NCBI GenBank assembly: GCA_016840085.1
Contig: JAEOTA010000037.1
Coordinates: 1 to 32,406 of the forward strand
Length of the DNA: 32,406 nucleotides
Origin: Promethearchaeota archaeon
Lineage (GTDB): Archaea > Asgardarchaeota > Lokiarchaeia > Sigyniarchaeales > SOKP01
Direction of reading: 5' to 3'
Below, piece after piece: positions 18,476-28,476 of the stretch (its first letter is position 1; every line of letters begins with the position of its first letter). The position numbers and the translations under genes are program-made. The notes beneath the pieces were generated by a model. It ran no database searches and was not told where the DNA came from. It saw nothing but the letters and a program-made list of their open reading frames with translations.

Positions 18476-19741
18476 ATGTCAGAAAAGAAAAGCAAAATGT
18501 TAAAAGCTACACAGGGGTTAAAAAATGCGATGGGAAGACATTATTTAGCAATTGAGCAAGCTTATCGAGATGGAAAGCCAACAGCATGGGCTACATCCGG
18601 ATGTCCTGTTGAACTTCTCTATGCTATGGGCGTTCAACCAATGCTTCCCGAAAATTCAGCAACAATTTCAGCAGCACAGAAGTACTCTAAAAATTTCATT
18701 GAGTTAGCAGAGCAGGAAGGTTTTTCCTATGATATGTGTAGCTATTTTAAAACAAACGTGGGAGCTGTAATGGAGGGTGTAGATGTTTATAAAGGCGGCA
18801 TTAGAAAACCTACATTTATGTTATCTAGTGATGTTATATGTGATACTCATAGCCATTGGTTCCAAGTTCAGGCGGAAAGGTTTGGAGGAGTTCCTCACTA
18901 TATTATAGACGTGCCTCATGTTGTAAGTAATACCAGTAAGCGACAGCTAGATTACTTTAAAAAATATGTTGAAGAACAGATGTGGGAGCTTCTTGAGTTT
19001 ATTAAAGAGCATACAGGTAATGAAATTGACATGGAAAAAGCAAAAGAAGCAGCTGCTAATTCTTATGAACTAAGTGAAGTATGGAGAGATATTTATGAAT
19101 TAAGGAAAAATGTGCCTTCACCAATTTCAACAAAAGATACATTCGGAGGGCTTTTTCCCTTATTCACTATGCCTGGTTTGAGATCGCCAATTAATTTATA
19201 CAAGAGAATGTATAGAGAAGCTAAAGCAAGAGTGGATACAGGACAAGGAGCTCTTGAAAATGAAGAATTTAGACTTATGTTTGAAGGAATACCTTTTTGG
19301 TATCAACTTAAGTATTTTGCAATGCTAGAAAGATTTAACGCTATAATCGTTTATGAACCTTATACTTTTGCATTTTCTAAGTTTTTCTCTAACCCGTTTG
19401 AAGAATTTTCAAAAAAAAGACTATTGAAAGATCCCATCGAATGTATGAGTGCCTTAATGTTAAGTTTCTGGTATATTTTTGATCTTGAAACAAGAGTAAA
19501 ATGGTTTAAGCAGACCGTAAAAGATTGGAAGATCGATGGCGTTATTTTGCATAATAATGTTTCTTGCAGACCCAATACTACTACCTTCTATGATCTAAAG
19601 CGCAGATTGGGCGAGGAAGGGGATATTCCTTGCCTTATAATTGACTCTGACCAAAATGACCCCCGTAAATTTAATGAAGTTCAAATAACTAATCAGATTG
19701 AAAGTTTTATCGAATTACTTCGTAAGAGGAAAAAGAAATAA
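18476..19741 (+). CDS. 2-hydroxyacyl-CoA dehydratase / benzoyl-CoA reductase family subunit (HgdA/BcrB-like)
   Basis: PENSA, DMCSY, ICDT, SCRP, DQNDPR; ATG 5 nt after GAGGTGA (18464-18470). Confidence 0.9.
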   Translation: MSEKKSKMLKATQGLKNAMGRHYLAIEQAYRDGKPTAWATSGCPVELLYAMGVQPMLPENSATISAAQKYSKNFIELAEQEGFSYDMCSYFKTNVGAVMEGVDVYKGGIRKPTFMLSSDVICDTHSHWFQVQAERFGGVPHYIIDVPHVVSNTSKRQLDYFKKYVEEQMWELLEFIKEHTGNEIDMEKAKEAAANSYELSEVWRDIYELRKNVPSPISTKDTFGGLFPLFTMPGLRSPINLYKRMYREAKARVDTGQGALENEEFRLMFEGIPFWYQLKYFAMLERFNAIIVYEPYTFAFSKFFSNPFEEFSKKRLLKDPIECMSALMLSFWYIFDLETRVKWFKQTVKDWKIDGVILHNNVSCRPNTTTFYDLKRRLGEEGDIPCLIIDSDQNDPRKFNEVQITNQIESFIELLRKRKKK

Positions 19742-19803
19742 TATAAATTTTGCTTAATTTTAACTTTTAAATAAAATTTTAGTTATCTCTAAGGTAAGTT
19801 TTA

Positions 19804-20576
19804 ATGAAAAATACAAAAATTGTTGAGATAAATACTGGAAAATTACAGGGCTATATTGATAAGGATATAGAAGTGTATAAAGGAATTCCATACGCTGAAC
19901 CTCCTATTGGAGAATTTAGATTTAATGCACCAGAGCCTAAAAATCATGGAGTGGTGTGTTTGAAGCAACTAAATTCAGTCCCGATGTTCCACAACCTCCA
20001 AGTCCTTTTACCCCACAACCTGCTCCGCCACAAACTGAAGAAAACTGTCTAACACTTAATATTTGGACTCCTAAAGCTGATAATAAAAAACGTCCGGTCA
20101 TGTTTTGGATCCACGGAGGTTCATATAAGACGGGAGGTGCAAATAGATATGATGGAATCCCATTAGCAAAACGCGGTGATGTTGTTGTAGTTATAATCAA
20201 TTATAGACTGGGCCCATTAGGTTTTTTATATCTCCCAGAAGTGTCTGGAGTTTCTGCAAATGTTGGTTTAATGGATCAAATCACAGCTTTAAAATGGGTT
20301 AAGGATAATATCGTAAATTTTGGAGGAGATCCTGAAAATGTTACCGTTTTTGGAGAATCAGCAGGAGCAGGCTCTATCTGTTGTCTAATTGGAATGCCCG
20401 CAGCTAAAAGATTGTCTAATCGAATAATACCGCAATCTGGAAGTTCAAGTCCGCTGGGTTACCAGAAGAGAAGGGCAATAGCAACAACACAGAGATTATT
20501 CTCGCTCCTAAATATTGAAAAAGATGATATCGACAGTTTAAGAAAAATTTCGTATATAAATGCGTTTTTTATTTGA
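19804..20576 (+). pseudogene. Carboxylesterase type B (PnbA-like), N-terminal part; frameshifted and truncated
   Basis: YKGIPYAEPP, ENCLTLNIW, WIHGG, NYRLG, FGESAG; A5 run at 19939-19943 needs A6 to join the frames (PKKSWSGVFEA); homology ends ~20552. Confidence 0.88.
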
Positions 20577-20759
20577 TTAATAAGGTTAGGAATCATATTG
20601 AATTTGCTTTGTCTTATGGTCATTATTATCATATATAAAGCTAACTGTAAGAATCCTGCCTTCTGGGAGCGGTTTATCAATACCTATAGGCAGCAAAACA
20701 GATATCCATAATCTAAAACCCCCTTAAATTTAAATATATAAGTTACTTTTAAATTAATA

Positions 20760-21290
20760 ATGAAATCAGATAAATGGAAAGCTATCATTATTAAGGACGC
20801 GCAATTACGCAAGATACGAAAAAATTTGCGAGTGTTACTGAAATCAGCTATAGATATAGAAATTTCTCGATTAAGGGGGTTAGAGAATCTTTATAGAAAG
20901 AAGCGTATTTCTTCTAACCTAACGCCTTCTCAGTGGAAAAGAGAGATTACTTTAAGCAGAATGTCTAATAGACTCGACCAGGCAAGATATCGTTCTATTT
21001 TGCAGTGCACTTTTGGTTCTATGTGTATATCACCAGAGGCAAAGAGAATGCATTCTGGTATTGCAAGCCTTAATAAAGATATGGTATGGAGTCCCCTTGA
21101 GAAGGCATGGATTTGTATAGATTGTTATAATTATTATTATGGGACTGAAGCCAAAAGACAATGGTTCAAACAACATCTCGAAAAGGAAGCTGCTTTATGG
21201 GATGAAATAACGAAGGATTTACCTAAGAATCTGTCTGAACGCGAAGTCTCCGAAGTTGTTGATTCCCTAAAGAAAAATGGGATCATTTAG
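20760..21290 (+). CDS. Hypothetical basic protein with Cys motifs, located inside the broken esterase gene
   Basis: 176-aa intact ORF; C-x5-C...CxxC; AT-rich promoter-like region upstream. Confidence 0.6.
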   Translation: MKSDKWKAIIIKDAQLRKIRKNLRVLLKSAIDIEISRLRGLENLYRKKRISSNLTPSQWKREITLSRMSNRLDQARYRSILQCTFGSMCISPEAKRMHSGIASLNKDMVWSPLEKAWICIDCYNYYYGTEAKRQWFKQHLEKEAALWDEITKDLPKNLSEREVSEVVDSLKKNGII

Positions 21291-21447
21291 TTGATCTATT
21301 CAAAAATAACGAAATCAAAATTTTCTGGCATGATATTACATCTTTTAATGCATCTGCTAATTCGATTAAGAAAGTAAGAAGTGACAACGACTAAGAGAGC
21401 ATTCGCTTTTTATGTATTTTTTTAAATTAGTCTTTTTTTTTGGTATG

Positions 21448-21972
21448 CTATTAAATTTGCTTATGAAACCAGTGGGCGTATCTGAAGATAAAATCCGAGA
21501 AGTAATGAATATTTATAGTGAAACGAGAGAAAATCCTACCGAAATATTTAATGCTATTTTAACAGATATTTATTTTAGAGTACCATCCATAAGATTAGCA
21601 GAAATGCAGTCTAAAGTACAATCTGATACATATATGTATATGTTCACTTATCCCTCACCTATACGGGAAGGATCATTAGGTTCTGTACATGCAATTGAAA
21701 TACCGTTTGTGTTTGGAACATTAGATATGTCCCGAAATTTTAAACTTTTTCCTGTTTCTAACAAAGAAACTGAAGAACTTAGTGTAAAAATGATGGATAG
21801 TTGGATTTCATTTGCCAGAAGTGGAAATCCAAATCATAAAGAAATCCCAGCGTGGGCTCAATATGGAAATAATAGAGCAACTATGATGTTCGGAAAAGGT
21901 GTGAAAGTTATAAATGATCCCTATGGGAAAGAACGATCTGTGTGGGACGATGTAATAGTTTTTAAGGAATAA
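21448..21972 (+). pseudogene. Carboxylesterase type B, C-terminal part
   Basis: TDIYFRVPS, YMYMFTYPSP, GSVHAIEIPFVFG (catalytic His), WISFARSGNPN; 5' boundary approximate. Confidence 0.85.
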
Positions 21973-22011
21973 TCACACTAACTTAATATTGAAAAATTTA
22001 ACTAATTAAAA

Positions 22012-23679
22012 TTATTTGAAAATAACTCCTTCAAAAGGAGTTAATTTTATATTTCCATCATAAGCATTTGGATCTAATGCTTTTCTGTTAGATAATGTAG
22101 AAAATATCAAGTCTGGTTTTTGAATAGGATTTTCTAATAATATATCCTTATTTATAAAATTTAAGTATACAAAAATTTCTTGCTTTTCATGAATTCTTTT
22201 ATATGCTAAACACTTCTTATTTAATTTTCCAAGATCAATTATATGAAATAATCCTTCTTGTAGTGAGATATTTTCTCTTCTAACCTCTATTAATCGTTTA
22301 TAGCAATTTAATAAAGAATTTGGGTTTTTTTCTCCCCTAGAAACATTAACCTTTTTATAATTATCGGATATTTTTAACCATGTCTTAACTTCTGGATTAG
22401 GTGTAAATCCAGCATTTGAATCAGCATTCCATTGCATTGGTGTTCTACAACTGTCTCTTGTCAATGAGAACCCCAATAACCGTACTATTTGAGGAAAAGG
22501 GAATTTTGAAAATTTCCGTCCTATTGGATCTTCACTAGTTTTTAGTTTAAATTTTACATTACCCATTCCTATTTCTTCACCATAATATATAAAAGGAACG
22601 CCTCTCAACGTGAGTTGCATTGTAGCAAGAATCTTTGCTTTCTTTACGTTATCTTTCAAGAGAGATATATGTCTTACTCTATCATGATTACTATAAACAA
22701 ATGTGGGAGTAAAAGGAAATGGTAAAGCTTTCTCGATTCTTGAAATCACTTTTCGATATTTTTTAGATTTAAAGGGTGTTGAAGTAAACTCAAATAGAAA
22801 TACCATGTGTAAACCATTGTTATTTGGTCCATAATATTTTCTTACATTTTCAATAGATACAAAAATTTCTCCAACTAGGAACCTATCTGGTTCATATTCT
22901 TCCATCAAGTTTCTTAACTCTATGGTGAAATCAAGAGTTTCAGGGAGATTTAAATCATATTTATGATATTGAAAATAACATGCTGGCTTTTTATCAGATA
23001 AAGTTAAGGCCCAAGAAAAGGGATTATTCCTAAGCAATTTATCTTCAAAAATTGAATGTAAAATATCTAATCGAAATCCATCAACACCCTTATCCAGCCA
23101 AAATCGCATAGTGTTCAACATCTCTTCTTTAACTTCTGGATTTCTATAGTTTAAATCTGGTTGAAAAGGTAAAAAATGAAAGTAAAACCACTGATCAGTA
23201 TTTTCATAATATATCCATGCCGGACCTCCAGGAATTGCTTTCCAATTATTAGGAGGTTTTTTCCCCCCTGGTTTTTTACCATCTCGCCAAACATACCAAT
23301 CTCGTTTAGAATTATCTTTACTAGAAGCAGATTCTATAAACCAAGGGTGCTTAATAGACGTGTGATTAAGAACAAGATCTAAAACTATTTTCATCTTCTT
23401 ATCATGTATTTCCTTTAATATTTTATCAAAATCTTCCATTGTACCATATAAAGGATCTATCTCACGAAAGTTAGCAACATCATAACCATGATCTTGCTGT
23501 GGAGATGTAAAAAATGGACTAAACCATATAGATTCTACACCTAACTCTTTTAAATAATCTAATTTTTCAATAATCCCTCTAAGATCCCCAATACCATTTC
23601 CCGTACTATCCTTAAAAGACCGAGGATATATTTGATAAACTATTGTTTTTTGCCACCATTTGTATTTGTCAATAGACAT
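22012..23679 (-). CDS. GH13 alpha-glucosidase / oligo-1,6-glucosidase
   Basis: WWQKTIVYQIYPRSF, DLVLNHTS, QPDLN, GFRLD, VGE, SNHD, YYGEEIGM, CRTPMQW. Confidence 0.95.
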   Translation of the reverse strand: MSIDKYKWWQKTIVYQIYPRSFKDSTGNGIGDLRGIIEKLDYLKELGVESIWFSPFFTSPQQDHGYDVANFREIDPLYGTMEDFDKILKEIHDKKMKIVLDLVLNHTSIKHPWFIESASSKDNSKRDWYVWRDGKKPGGKKPPNNWKAIPGGPAWIYYENTDQWFYFHFLPFQPDLNYRNPEVKEEMLNTMRFWLDKGVDGFRLDILHSIFEDKLLRNNPFSWALTLSDKKPACYFQYHKYDLNLPETLDFTIELRNLMEEYEPDRFLVGEIFVSIENVRKYYGPNNNGLHMVFLFEFTSTPFKSKKYRKVISRIEKALPFPFTPTFVYSNHDRVRHISLLKDNVKKAKILATMQLTLRGVPFIYYGEEIGMGNVKFKLKTSEDPIGRKFSKFPFPQIVRLLGFSLTRDSCRTPMQWNADSNAGFTPNPEVKTWLKISDNYKKVNVSRGEKNPNSLLNCYKRLIEVRRENISLQEGLFHIIDLGKLNKKCLAYKRIHEKQEIFVYLNFINKDILLENPIQKPDLIFSTLSNRKALDPNAYDGNIKLTPFEGVIFK

Positions 23680-23882
23680 GGGTAGTTCAGTTCTTTATTG
23701 AGTTTAATTTTTATGCTTTGTTATACATTATTGCCAATATTCAAATGTGTAGAAAAATCTCATCTGATTAAAGAATTATCACTTAGAGTGTTATGCAAGA
23801 AATTATCTAAAAATTTAAATAATGAAAAACGTTTAAAGGATGCCTAAATAGGTGATAGTTTTATAATTCGTAAAATAAACAT

Positions 23883-24227
23883 TTAATTTGCTATTTTTAT
23901 GTGAGCATTAGGAGTCATAATTAAATAGTTATCACCAAGCCGTCCTAATGAGCCTCCATTTTCCCTTAAAAAAGACTTTAGATTTTCAATTATTCCCTTA
24001 AGCTCAGAAACATCAATAGTTTTAAGAATTTCTTTAGCATTAATTATTAATATCCTCTGCTTCATCAATTGGTTTTTTATATCATCGATTTGATTAGGAT
24101 TCGAAAGTTCATATTGCCTTATTACAAAATTTTGTAGTAGTGATGAATATTCCCTTGAAAAGCCCATGGTTTCCTGTGGTGAACCCAAAAGCTCATTATC
24201 CTCTTTTTTTCCCCAAAATTTACCCAT
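23883..24227 (-). CDS. sepF: Archaeal cell division protein SepF
   Basis: N-terminal MGKFWGKK membrane-targeting-like segment; IDDIKNQL..ILIIN..GGSLGRLGDNYLIMTP core. Confidence 0.78.
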   Translation of the reverse strand: MGKFWGKKEDNELLGSPQETMGFSREYSSLLQNFVIRQYELSNPNQIDDIKNQLMKQRILIINAKEILKTIDVSELKGIIENLKSFLRENGGSLGRLGDNYLIMTPNAHIKIAN

Positions 24228-24505
24228 ATATATTTTACAACCTCTTAATCGCGATTAAAATCTAAGATATTATTATTCATTATAATAATGACTCAAAATA
24301 GTTTTAAATAGAAGAATTATTGTGATACATATTCTCATTATATGGTGATATTACTAAGAAAATACATCAAACCACCTCTTAATAATGCAAAACTTAAAAT
24401 AAATCACAAATCATTAAGATGAATATAAAACTTACATAAAGATTTGATATAAATTTCATGATGTTTGGAAAACTTTATATTAATTAATTCACCAATCTTT
24501 TAAAT

Positions 24506-25042
24506 ATGGAACTATTGAAAAATGAATTTATAAAATTTATTAAAGAAAGAAAGAGCATTAGAAGCTTTATTTATAAGAAGATTGATAAGGAAACCATACT
24601 TTCGGTTATAGAGTGTGGACGCTGGGCACCTTCTGGAAATAACAGCCAACCATGGCGCGTTTGTATAGTGATTCATCCTACTGTTAAAAGGATGCTTTCA
24701 GAACTCACTAAATATGGAGGAATTATTGAAGATGCCTACGTAAATCTAGTAATATTTTTAGATCTTGAAAGAGGTTATGATAGAGTAAAGGATATTCAAG
24801 CTATTGGCGCGTTTATGCAAAATCTACTTTTGGGAGTCCATGCTATAGAAAATATCGGTGCAGTCTGGATAGGTGAAATTTTGAGTAAGAAGGATGAGGT
24901 TAATGAAATTTTTAAATTCCCAATTGATAAATTCGAACTTATGGGCGTAATAGCAATAGGATTAGCTGATGAAGCTCGAGAAAAGGCACATGAAAAAGAA
25001 AGAGAACGTCGCCCATTAGATGAGTTTATTGATTGGTATTAA
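24506..25042 (+). CDS. Nitroreductase family protein
   Basis: RKSIRSF, WAPSGNNSQPWR, QNLLL...GAVWIG, IAIG. Confidence 0.92.
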   Translation: MELLKNEFIKFIKERKSIRSFIYKKIDKETILSVIECGRWAPSGNNSQPWRVCIVIHPTVKRMLSELTKYGGIIEDAYVNLVIFLDLERGYDRVKDIQAIGAFMQNLLLGVHAIENIGAVWIGEILSKKDEVNEIFKFPIDKFELMGVIAIGLADEAREKAHEKERERRPLDEFIDWY

Positions 25043-25111
25043 CTTAAATTAGAAAATCTGTTTTTTATAAAAAAATGAAGAGTAGCTCACCACAAACTAC
25101 ACCATAGAAGT

Positions 25112-25390
25112 TTATTTACAACCGATTTTATACTTTTGAAAATACAACTTTTTAGCAGTATCAATGTTCTGTTGATTTGGCTCAACCCCAATTAAGAATA
25201 AGAACCATTCCAAAACATCATTGAATGATAAATCTTTATGTATCGCACTTGAGACTTTTGGAAAATATTTTTTCAAGAAGCTGAAATCAAAATAGGAGTT
25301 AATAGATTTAATATGATATGTTATTCGATCTTCTTGATTCTTAAATCCACATTCCTCAAAATCCTGCCTTTCTTTAAAAGGAAGTGTCAA
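25112..25390 (-). CDS. Hypothetical protein, probably a 5'-truncated fragment
   Basis: 92-aa ORF from TTG; the frame stays open ~27 codons further upstream without a start codon. Confidence 0.35.
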   Translation of the reverse strand: MTLPFKERQDFEECGFKNQEDRITYHIKSINSYFDFSFLKKYFPKVSSAIHKDLSFNDVLEWFLFLIGVEPNQQNIDTAKKLYFQKYKIGCK

Positions 25391-25542
25391 AAAAGTGAGA
25401 CCCTCTAAATCTTTAACAAAAAGAGTATAATGTTCATCAGAAATAATAATTTCAGAAAGTATTCGAATTAAATTTTAGAGTCTAACCTTGTGATTACAGA
25501 TCAATTCTAACTGGTAAGCCAAATATAGACTCGTAAGGAGTA

Positions 25543-25992
25543 ATGATCCCTAAGAAGAAATCCAAAAAAAAAAAAGGAATACAATTTTTAGATAAATTAG
25601 ATAAGAAAATAGAGCAGGATGAACAACAAAACTTAGATATCTTAAGGGGACAACTTAAAGAACTATTCAAAAAATCTGAAAAATTTTATCTTTCAGAAAA
25701 ATATGATGAGCTATTCACCAAATTAAACATTTCAGAATTAACAAGATATGGAGAGAAACAGACATTTATTAATTTATTTAGAAAGATCCCTGAAATAATT
25801 ATATTCCCCTGTCTTTTAAATGAGAAAGAGGATTACATTCTTATTCTAAAAGAGAAAATTAACTTACCTCAATTTTTAAAAAAGGTATTAGATCAAAAAG
25901 ATATAATTGTAAAACAACTCGAATTAATCAAGCAATATATAATTGTTTTAAAAAGACTGTTGATAAAATACTTAAGATTTGACCAATTATAA
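25543..25992 (+). CDS. Hypothetical protein; 3' end interrupted by the IS
   Basis: 149-aa ORF whose last ~12 codons (RLLIKYLRFDQL) are read from the IS left end. Confidence 0.5.
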   Translation: MIPKKKSKKKKGIQFLDKLDKKIEQDEQQNLDILRGQLKELFKKSEKFYLSEKYDELFTKLNISELTRYGEKQTFINLFRKIPEIIIFPCLLNEKEDYILILKEKINLPQFLKKVLDQKDIIVKQLELIKQYIIVLKRLLIKYLRFDQL

Positions 25993-27760
25993 ATTCTCCC
26001 CTTGTGGCTTTGATCACCCATCTATTTTACTTTAGCCCTTCTATTTTGAACTCCCGTTATGGATAAGGACGTTTTTAAGGTCTTCGGCTATGATTTGGAG
26101 GATTTTATTTTTAATACAGATCAAATGAGGACTGAATCACCAGTTCCTCTATATCTAGGTGATATGCTCATATATACCTCCATATCACATCTGTTTTTAA
26201 TCAAAAACTAGGTATAATATCTATATGATATATCAAGAATATCTTCCCTTTGAATCTTTACTCCAACAAGTGGATAAAAAAGAAATCAACCTGCCTTTTC
26301 CGCTTGAATATACCCTCGAGAAAATTGAGAAGATCAAGAAGAAAATCCCTAAATCTTACGATACTATTGCCCGTATCTTGGCATTATCTCGTCCGGTGGT
26401 TGAATTGGTCCTATTTGAGATAGACTATCATGAACCCCAACGGGCTGTGAACTCAAGGGGTAGACCTAGCATTTCCACGACAACGCTCATTTTGATTCAT
26501 TTATTGTCCCAAACCATGATTTCCGATAGTTATCGGCAGACCGAGAGAATTTTAAATGCTCACCCCACTTGGTTAAAAGCACTCAATCTGAAAAAGGCTC
26601 CCAGTCATACAACTATGAGTAAATTCAGAAAAAACAGGGGGTTGAGTTTTTTGACACCTATTTCCATCACCTCACTGAGTTGTTGTTTGCGTTTGGTCTT
26701 ATTAAGGAAAATGACGACGTTATCATTGATTCAGCTCCGATCAAGGCGTCTCAGAATTTTGCCCGTTCAAATTCGGGTATCAAGATAAATGAGGTGAAGC
26801 TACAAGAATTTTTTAATACCGTGGATTTTACGCCTGCCGTGAATTTAATTGCTTCTGCATGTGATCGGGGACGTAAACGAAAGTATTCTAACGAGGTCAT
26901 CTTAAAATTCATCGCCTTCGAGAAGTTGTGTGGATTCTTATCCCGTAATCAAGCATTAACCTACCTAAAAAAGCATCCTAGTGCGGCTAAAATTGTAGGA
27001 TTTAGGAACGGGGACATTCCTTCTACCCCCTCAATAAATAATTATCTCCAGCGCATCCCTCCCATACCATGGTTAGTGCGTGTGATGGTGGACTCTATCA
27101 CGGAGTTTTTTGAATCGCAAGCGGATTACGACGATCACGATCCCTTGTCTTTTTTTTTCAGGTTGTTTTAAAATAGGGACCCCTCATCCCGATCCTGATG
27201 CCAAAATAGGGTATTGTGCTGCAAAACAGCGAGTGTTTGTTGGGTATCGGGCAACCATTATCATTGGTAACGAGAAAATGCCCATACTCGATTATCACCT
27301 CACCCCGGCAAATCGGCATGATTCTGGTGCTTTCGTACCTCTTCTGTTATCCATGGAAGAGCATGAGACGCTCCCCCGTGTATGTGCTTTTTACGGGGAT
27401 AACGCCTATTTTAAGACTGAGAATAGGGCATGGCTTGAATTTTATGAAAAAAGCTGCAAACTCCATTCGAACGATGAATCTGGTAAAGTACCCAAAAATC
27501 GGCGCAGTGCGAAGAAAAAATCGCGTGTACGATCCAAGGTAGAATCGACTTTTGGTATATTGGAGGAAAACTATAATTTCGGGCATACTCAACTGCGTGG
27601 ATTCAATAACGTAAAGATTGACACGTGTTTACTAGTTAGTTCTTGGAATCATTTTTTTCTACTATCATATTTCATGGATCGATTTGAAGATTGTATTAGT
27701 TTAAGGAGGTTGTTTTATGAAAATTAATAAAGGAGGGTTCTAATATTTTATCAACAGTCT
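25954..27760 (+). mobile_element. Insertion sequence, IS5/IS1182-like DDE element (~1.8 kb)
   Basis: Perfect 17-bp TIRs AGACTGTTGATAAAATA (25954-25970) and TATTTTATCAACAGTCT (27744-27760); flanking direct repeat TTTAAAA (or TTTTAAAAA if the ends are 25955/27759); visibly higher GC than flanks. Confidence 0.92.
26225..27727 (+). CDS. DDE transposase encoded over three ORFs with two frameshifts (~500 aa if joined)
   Basis: IIDSAPIKA (D1), DPDAKIG, PANRHDS, GDNAY (D2), RSKVESTFG (E); shifts at AAAAAAC 26629-26635 and T9 27150-27158. Confidence 0.85.
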
Positions 27761-27792
27761 TTTAAAAAAAAATAAAATCATTTTTTATAAAA

Positions 27793-28419
27793 ATGACATT
27801 AGATGATATAGAAGCAATTATTATCGATCTTGATATTGATGAGATAGGTAATGCTGTAAAGGCTGAGTTAGAAAGAGGAGAAACACCTCAAAATATATTA
27901 AAAGCATTAACTGAAGGATTAGATGAAGTTGGAAGGTTATATGAGGAAAAAGAATATTATTTAACAGAACTCGTATTAGCCGGAGAAACTATGAAGGAAG
28001 CTTTTTCAGTTTTAGGTCCATATCTAAAAGCTGAAGGAGGAGAACAGCAAGAAACTATTATAGTGGCTACTGTTAAAGGAGATAATCATGACCTAGGGAA
28101 AAATATATTAATTTCCATGTTAATATCAGCAGGTTTTAATATTATAGATTTAGGTATAGATACGCCTGCCGAAAAAATTGTAGAAGCAGTAAAAGAAACG
28201 GGAGCAAGATTAGTAGCTTTGAGCTCGCTTCTTACAATGACTGTGGAAGAAATCTCTGTTGTTGATAAAGCGTTGAAAGAAGCTGGTCTTCGTGACAAAA
28301 TAAAGTTAGTAGTAGGCGGAGCTCCTTTAAATATGGAACTTGCGAAAAAAATGGGCGCTGATAATTATGCAGATGACGCTGTAGAGGGTGCTAGATTAAT
28401 AAAAAGTTTTTTACAATAG
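27793..28419 (+). CDS. Corrinoid (B12-binding) protein of a methyltransferase system (MtaC/MtbC-like)
   Basis: GDNHDLGKN (DxHxxG), LSSLLT, VVGGAP, YADDA; N-terminal cap domain. Confidence 0.95.
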   Translation: MTLDDIEAIIIDLDIDEIGNAVKAELERGETPQNILKALTEGLDEVGRLYEEKEYYLTELVLAGETMKEAFSVLGPYLKAEGGEQQETIIVATVKGDNHDLGKNILISMLISAGFNIIDLGIDTPAEKIVEAVKETGARLVALSSLLTMTVEEISVVDKALKEAGLRDKIKLVVGGAPLNMELAKKMGADNYADDAVEGARLIKSFLQ

Positions 28420-28476
28420 TTATTAATGCTTAATTTATTAAGTTTTAGATAATATTGATAGTAATGAGCAAAAATT

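Noticed and set aside
21412-21447. Hydrophobic N-terminus (MYFFKLVFFFGM) as the signal peptide of an independent gene
   Set aside because: It derives from T-rich non-coding sequence fused to the esterase C-terminal fragment
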